From Pelomyxa schiedti (taxonomy: Eukaryota; Protista; Evosea): a stretch of 64,000 bases of DNA. Below, piece by piece: positions 59,775 to 64,000 of the stretch. Position 1 is the stretch's first letter. Each line of letters opens with the position of its first letter. The notes below the pieces were generated by a model. It made no database searches, was not told the DNA's origin, and was given only the letters and a program-made list of their open reading frames with translations. Made by a program: the position numbers and the translations under genes. The stretch spans positions 1 through 64,000 of the forward strand of contig JAHLWZ010000869.1 of the NCBI GenBank assembly GCA_020536535.1. The letters are read 5' to 3'.

Positions 59775-62700
59775 TCACAGGGAGGCGAGGAGGGCAGAGG
59801 CAAGGGCACCCCAGGACTGAGGGGACACGTCGATCAGCAGGGCGCATTGTGCCTCGGCCCAGTCCATGGACTTGCTGGCCAGGAGCTCCCATTCGTCCCT
59901 CAGTGCAGAAAGGTTCTTCTCGAGGAAATCTGGGGGTGTTGGTTGTTCAGAAAATTTGGGAGTGTGGGTTGGGGAATACCTAAAACTACAAAAGTCATCC
60001 AGAGTTGGTGTGCATCAACTGAAGAGGGTGTTGTTGAAAGTGCATCACTTGGTGGTTGCTGTTGTTGTTGCTGCTCAGGGCGTTGCCGGGGTTCATGTGG
60101 TGGAATGGCTGAGAGAACTTTTTCAAGAGTTACACCAATAGCAGCTGCAACAGGTTCTGTGGCCGGCCAAGACCCGTCCGCGTTTTGCAGCAGCGCGATT
60201 GAGAGGAGCTTCTGGCTCGCAGCCGACTGCTCCGCGGACTCGTTCTGCTGGGAATTGGAGGCAGATTGACAACAGGAGGCTCGTCCGGACTGTAGCGCCT
60301 TTACTGCAAAACCTATTTTGGCTTCTGGTGGTGCAGGAGCAGAATCACAACAAACCGCGGAATCACAGTCGTCCGCGGTGCAGTCTGAATTGGAATTAGG
60401 AGCACAAAGGAAAAGAATTGTCCCCACAACCCCTCCTCATCTTGACAATGCAGTCAACATAGCCATGGATTAGCCTGGAAATTGCTTGTCCATCTGAGGT
60501 AATTAAATTAAGGTACTCATCTGAGTGCCCGCCAAAGTCTATTGTCAGGCTCGAAGCCGTGGGTCCCCATCTTTTGAGGAAGTGCAGAGGATATGTCTTG
60601 GTCACAGTCTTGTTGGAAAATATTAGAGTGCACAAGGGTTCAGTTGATATCGAAAAACATGGGAAGCTGGATCCAATTCGAAGATGTTGCTTCTTGAAAC
60701 ACCAAGGAGTATATCTCTTAGAGCGCCCTTACTTTTAACCTTTGACATACATTTATTATAATAGAAGTATTACAGGAAGGCAGGTGACCTTGCAAGGAAA
60801 TATTGACATTCCAAATGTAGGTAAGGAGTGGGCATGTTGTACATATCTGTACTTTGCGCACTCAGGATCCATTTTGCCAAGTCGAGCCCATCCTGTTTCA
60901 ATTTCTTTCAGGATGTGTTTTTGGTTCTGGAGAGATGGAGGAAGTAAGTCTTGTAGTTTGCTTTAAGGCCGTTAGTTCATTTAATCAGGAAAATAAATTT
61001 GAGAGAAAGAGAAATAATGGGTAATACAGCTTCAACGATTTTTTGTTTTGTGAAGTGTCAAACACTCCAAGAGTGACCAGGGCATCCAAAGATGCAAGCT
61101 GCACCATTTCCTCGCGAGTGGTGTAAAGAGTACCATTGATAATTTGCTCTTTCACCTGACCATATCAGGCAGTTACTGAAAGTGTTTTGGTTTTATTACC
61201 GTCTTATAAATAATTCCGCACTGTGTCGGTTCAATAGCCAAATTACTATCCGCTATGTATAACTTTTTTTTGAGAAGAAGGAGAGACTCCGGACTAATGG
61301 GCTGTTCCAAAAGGCTCTTTTTACTATCCAACGGTGTATCAATCCCTATTGCGGCAATGGGAGAAGTGGTGTTTCTAGTACGTTTTTGATTTACAGGACA
61401 AAATACCACTGTCAAAGAACCAATCATCAGCGGCATGTGTGATGCCAATGCTGTCAAGAATGGTTTCTATTGCCTCCTTTTGAAGTGGAGAAATGGATAT
61501 GAATACTAAAGAAAAATACAATATCCACAGGTTCATACTTTTATAGGTCGTCTCTCATCTACTAGAATGGTTCTCACCGTTCCATCCAACAACTTGACTT
61601 GTCGTGGAACAGTGTGTTGTCGTTTTTGGAAAGTATCAAAAGCTGGACATCCTTCACCTCTTGGGGTTGTGGGGTGGGCAGCGCTAGTGGGAGTCATTGA
61701 ATTATCCGTAGAGCTGATATTCCTCTGAACGCCCACATATGAGGTCAGAGTGGAGAGAACCCCATACTTCGTTGAGAGTTCAACAATCATTTCTGAGTGT
61801 TGTTTTTTTGGGTTTCTGTGCATTAGTCCTGGAACACAAGAATTCTCCAATTCTTTTATTCTTTCCCTGATAATAAATGAGAGGAGAACTCAGTTCCCAA
61901 CTTGTAGTAATTGATTGTAATACCGAACACCGAGGCAGTGAAGCATATCCCCTTCAGGTAGAATGACACTTGAACTGAGTGAGGAGTGAAAATCACATGC
62001 CATAGCCCTGAATTCGCCGTGGAACGAAACCACATCTTCCGTGGCGGTAACATTTTGCTGTTCTAGTCTGTGAATTTTTCATTGTTACAGGCACAGAAAA
62101 AAACAAGAGAGGAAAAAACCAAATATACCTTCCAGAGAAGAACCCAAAAATGGTCGTGGTACAATTATTTTCAACTCGGAATTCTGCTGGAAATGTGGAA
62201 TATACATTCAACTTTGGACTCCAGGTAATGGACTGGTTCAAGATGCGGTCGTGAAGAACTGCTTTTAATAGCCTCATGACCTGTTGGAAGCTAGGTAAAA
62301 TGCACTCCTGAACGTTGTTTATAGGGGCTTCCACTCACACCTTGGGTTCAATTCTTTCTCCCTCTCTGGCATATTCGGAGACACCATCACCAGCATGAGA
62401 AAGTCCATCAACAAGTGGTTTTGAGCAGCCACCGCCAATTCCAAGTGAAAATACATGACATCTGCTTTCCGTTGATCTAGCTGATGCTACTGCAGTAAGC
62501 ACTGCATTGGTGTTCAGCACTTCCCCGTCAGTGATAACAACAACACTCCTAGGGGAGAATTACATTATCCTTCTCTATCTTTGAATGTTTCTCACCTGAC
62601 AGAGGAATCTACTGCAAATGGTTTTCCCAGAGTGTGAACAAGAGGTTCCAAAAGCTCTGTTCCCCCCATGTTGGCAGACTCCATTTTTGCCACTTCCTTT

Positions 62701-64000
62701 GTTGCGCGCTCCAGTTCTGATTGGGAGTAGCAAACACTTTCATTGTACATCTCAGAAAATTTAGTGCCAAATCTGCCAGACGGTTATCGATCGATAGGAC
62801 ATTGAGAAAATACCCGATAATGTTGATTCGGGTTCCAATCTGTTAGGTGTTAAATATTCCATCAAGATAACACTTTACGCACAGGAATTGAACGGAGGAA
62901 TAGCTGCAATGCTCTGACGGCATGTGTTATCCTGTATCCACTCATTGACCCACTTCTGTCAAGCAAGAAGATCTATTCTCACACAATCCCAAAGAATTTA
63001 TGAGTTTTCACCACAGTAGCGAGGGGAAATGTAGGCTCATACAATTTCTCTTTGATGTGTTGCCCAACTGGAAGGTGGGTGCTGCAAGGTAATATTGGGT
63101 GAAATCAGCGCCGCAATGCAAGTCGAGTTATGCCTGGGGCTATACTCTGTGTACATCAATGTGGTTGGGCTTCCGGATACACAAAGAACCAAAATGAAAT
63201 CTGACTCCTGAAGTGGTGCATCATCACAGGCGCACTCCAAGTGGGTGACTCCTTCAGTCATTGATTTAGTGACCTAAAAACCCAGGTTTTAAGGTCATTT
63301 CTTTTGGGAGAGAACGCCCATTTACGTACAGATATTTGATTACTGTGCGATGGAGATTCAATTGACAAGCTATTGCAAGGCATTCCTTTTTCTCAAAAAT
63401 GAGAGGAGATCGTAGGATGCACACATACGTATATCCATGGAAATATGGAGTGGACAACTACCAAAACCCACTTGCTGGCTGAGGGAAGTCTGGTAACTTA
63501 TGGGATGAAAAAATGAAACTGGGAAGGAAAAGAAGAGTTAATTGATTGAGTCAATTGAATAGCGCAGCGCGCCGCAGCAAAAAAAAAAAATACATGCCAG
63601 CTTTTGCCGGAATGAGAAACTTTCTCACCTGCTTTCCATTGCCCATATTTGTAGTTATCAGTTGGGTCACACACTCCACAAGTATTTTCGCCTCGGTCCC
63701 GGGAGCCAAATTTCCCAATGAAAGTTTGAACCCATTGTCTCTTTCTTGATCAAGAAGAAAGGCAGTATGTCCTGATGCAATTGCATTGTCATATCTATTT
63801 TCATCAACTCAGAGAGTGTCTTTTCTAGAGACGATAGGAATTTATGATTCACATACATCTGAAAAGCAAGTTCACTTTTGCAACAGGTTCCAGTGATCAA
63901 ACTTCCATTCATATCGGCGCTGAAACCCTTCACTGTGGTTTCAAACTGGCAGTGCCACAAAGGAAATTGGAACGTGGTTTCAAGAGAGTACTCTGTGCTG
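59775..64000 (-). CDS. VIT-VWA (VWA5A-like) protein with an inserted talin-type FERM domain; 5' end beyond window
   Basis: VIT (FSLGNLAPG), MIDAS LLDRSGSMSG, ANMGGTE, ITDGEV, SLGIG; LSTKYGVLSTLTSYV; FERM F1-F3; C-terminal LQNADGSW and EWELLASKS..W. Confidence 0.88.

Noticed and set aside
1-64000. CRISPR arrays, tRNA/rRNA genes, alternative genetic code
   Set aside because: No repeat-spacer array or recognisable structural RNA was seen by eye; in-frame stops in genes are explained by introns, and TAA, TAG and TGA all end genes.

Overview
Gene-dense, intron-rich eukaryotic DNA, not prokaryotic. Most genes are split by very short (~30-60 nt) GT-AG introns with occasional GC-AG, so the ORF track shows only exon fragments. 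Gene content (Roco kinase, talin-type FERM, ATG2, Rab GTPases, intron-containing anaerobic prokaryote-type redox genes) suggests an anaerobic amoebozoan such as a Pelomyxa/Mastigamoeba-like archamoeba; this is inference. I can support about 22 protein-coding genes plus a decayed Ty3/gypsy LTR retrotransposon with a second, inverted partial copy. Main highlight: a complete ~15-intron aldehyde:ferredoxin oxidoreductase (AOR, W-bis-pterin/4Fe-4S family, classically prokaryote-only) fused in frame behind an RGG/acidic/Lys-rich nucleolar-like leader, directly followed by a gene with a prokaryotic MEDS sensor domain. Other notable items: a tandem pair of paralogues sharing an unrecognised ~120-aa domain with conserved introns; a talin-like FERM inserted into a VWA5A protein; an RCC1-Roco kinase; an ankyrin-pseudoGTPase; a SIM plus degenerate ZNF451-like PIN protein; and a GltD-like oxidoreductase with a possible organelle presequence. 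All gene models were spliced by eye and boundaries are approximate.
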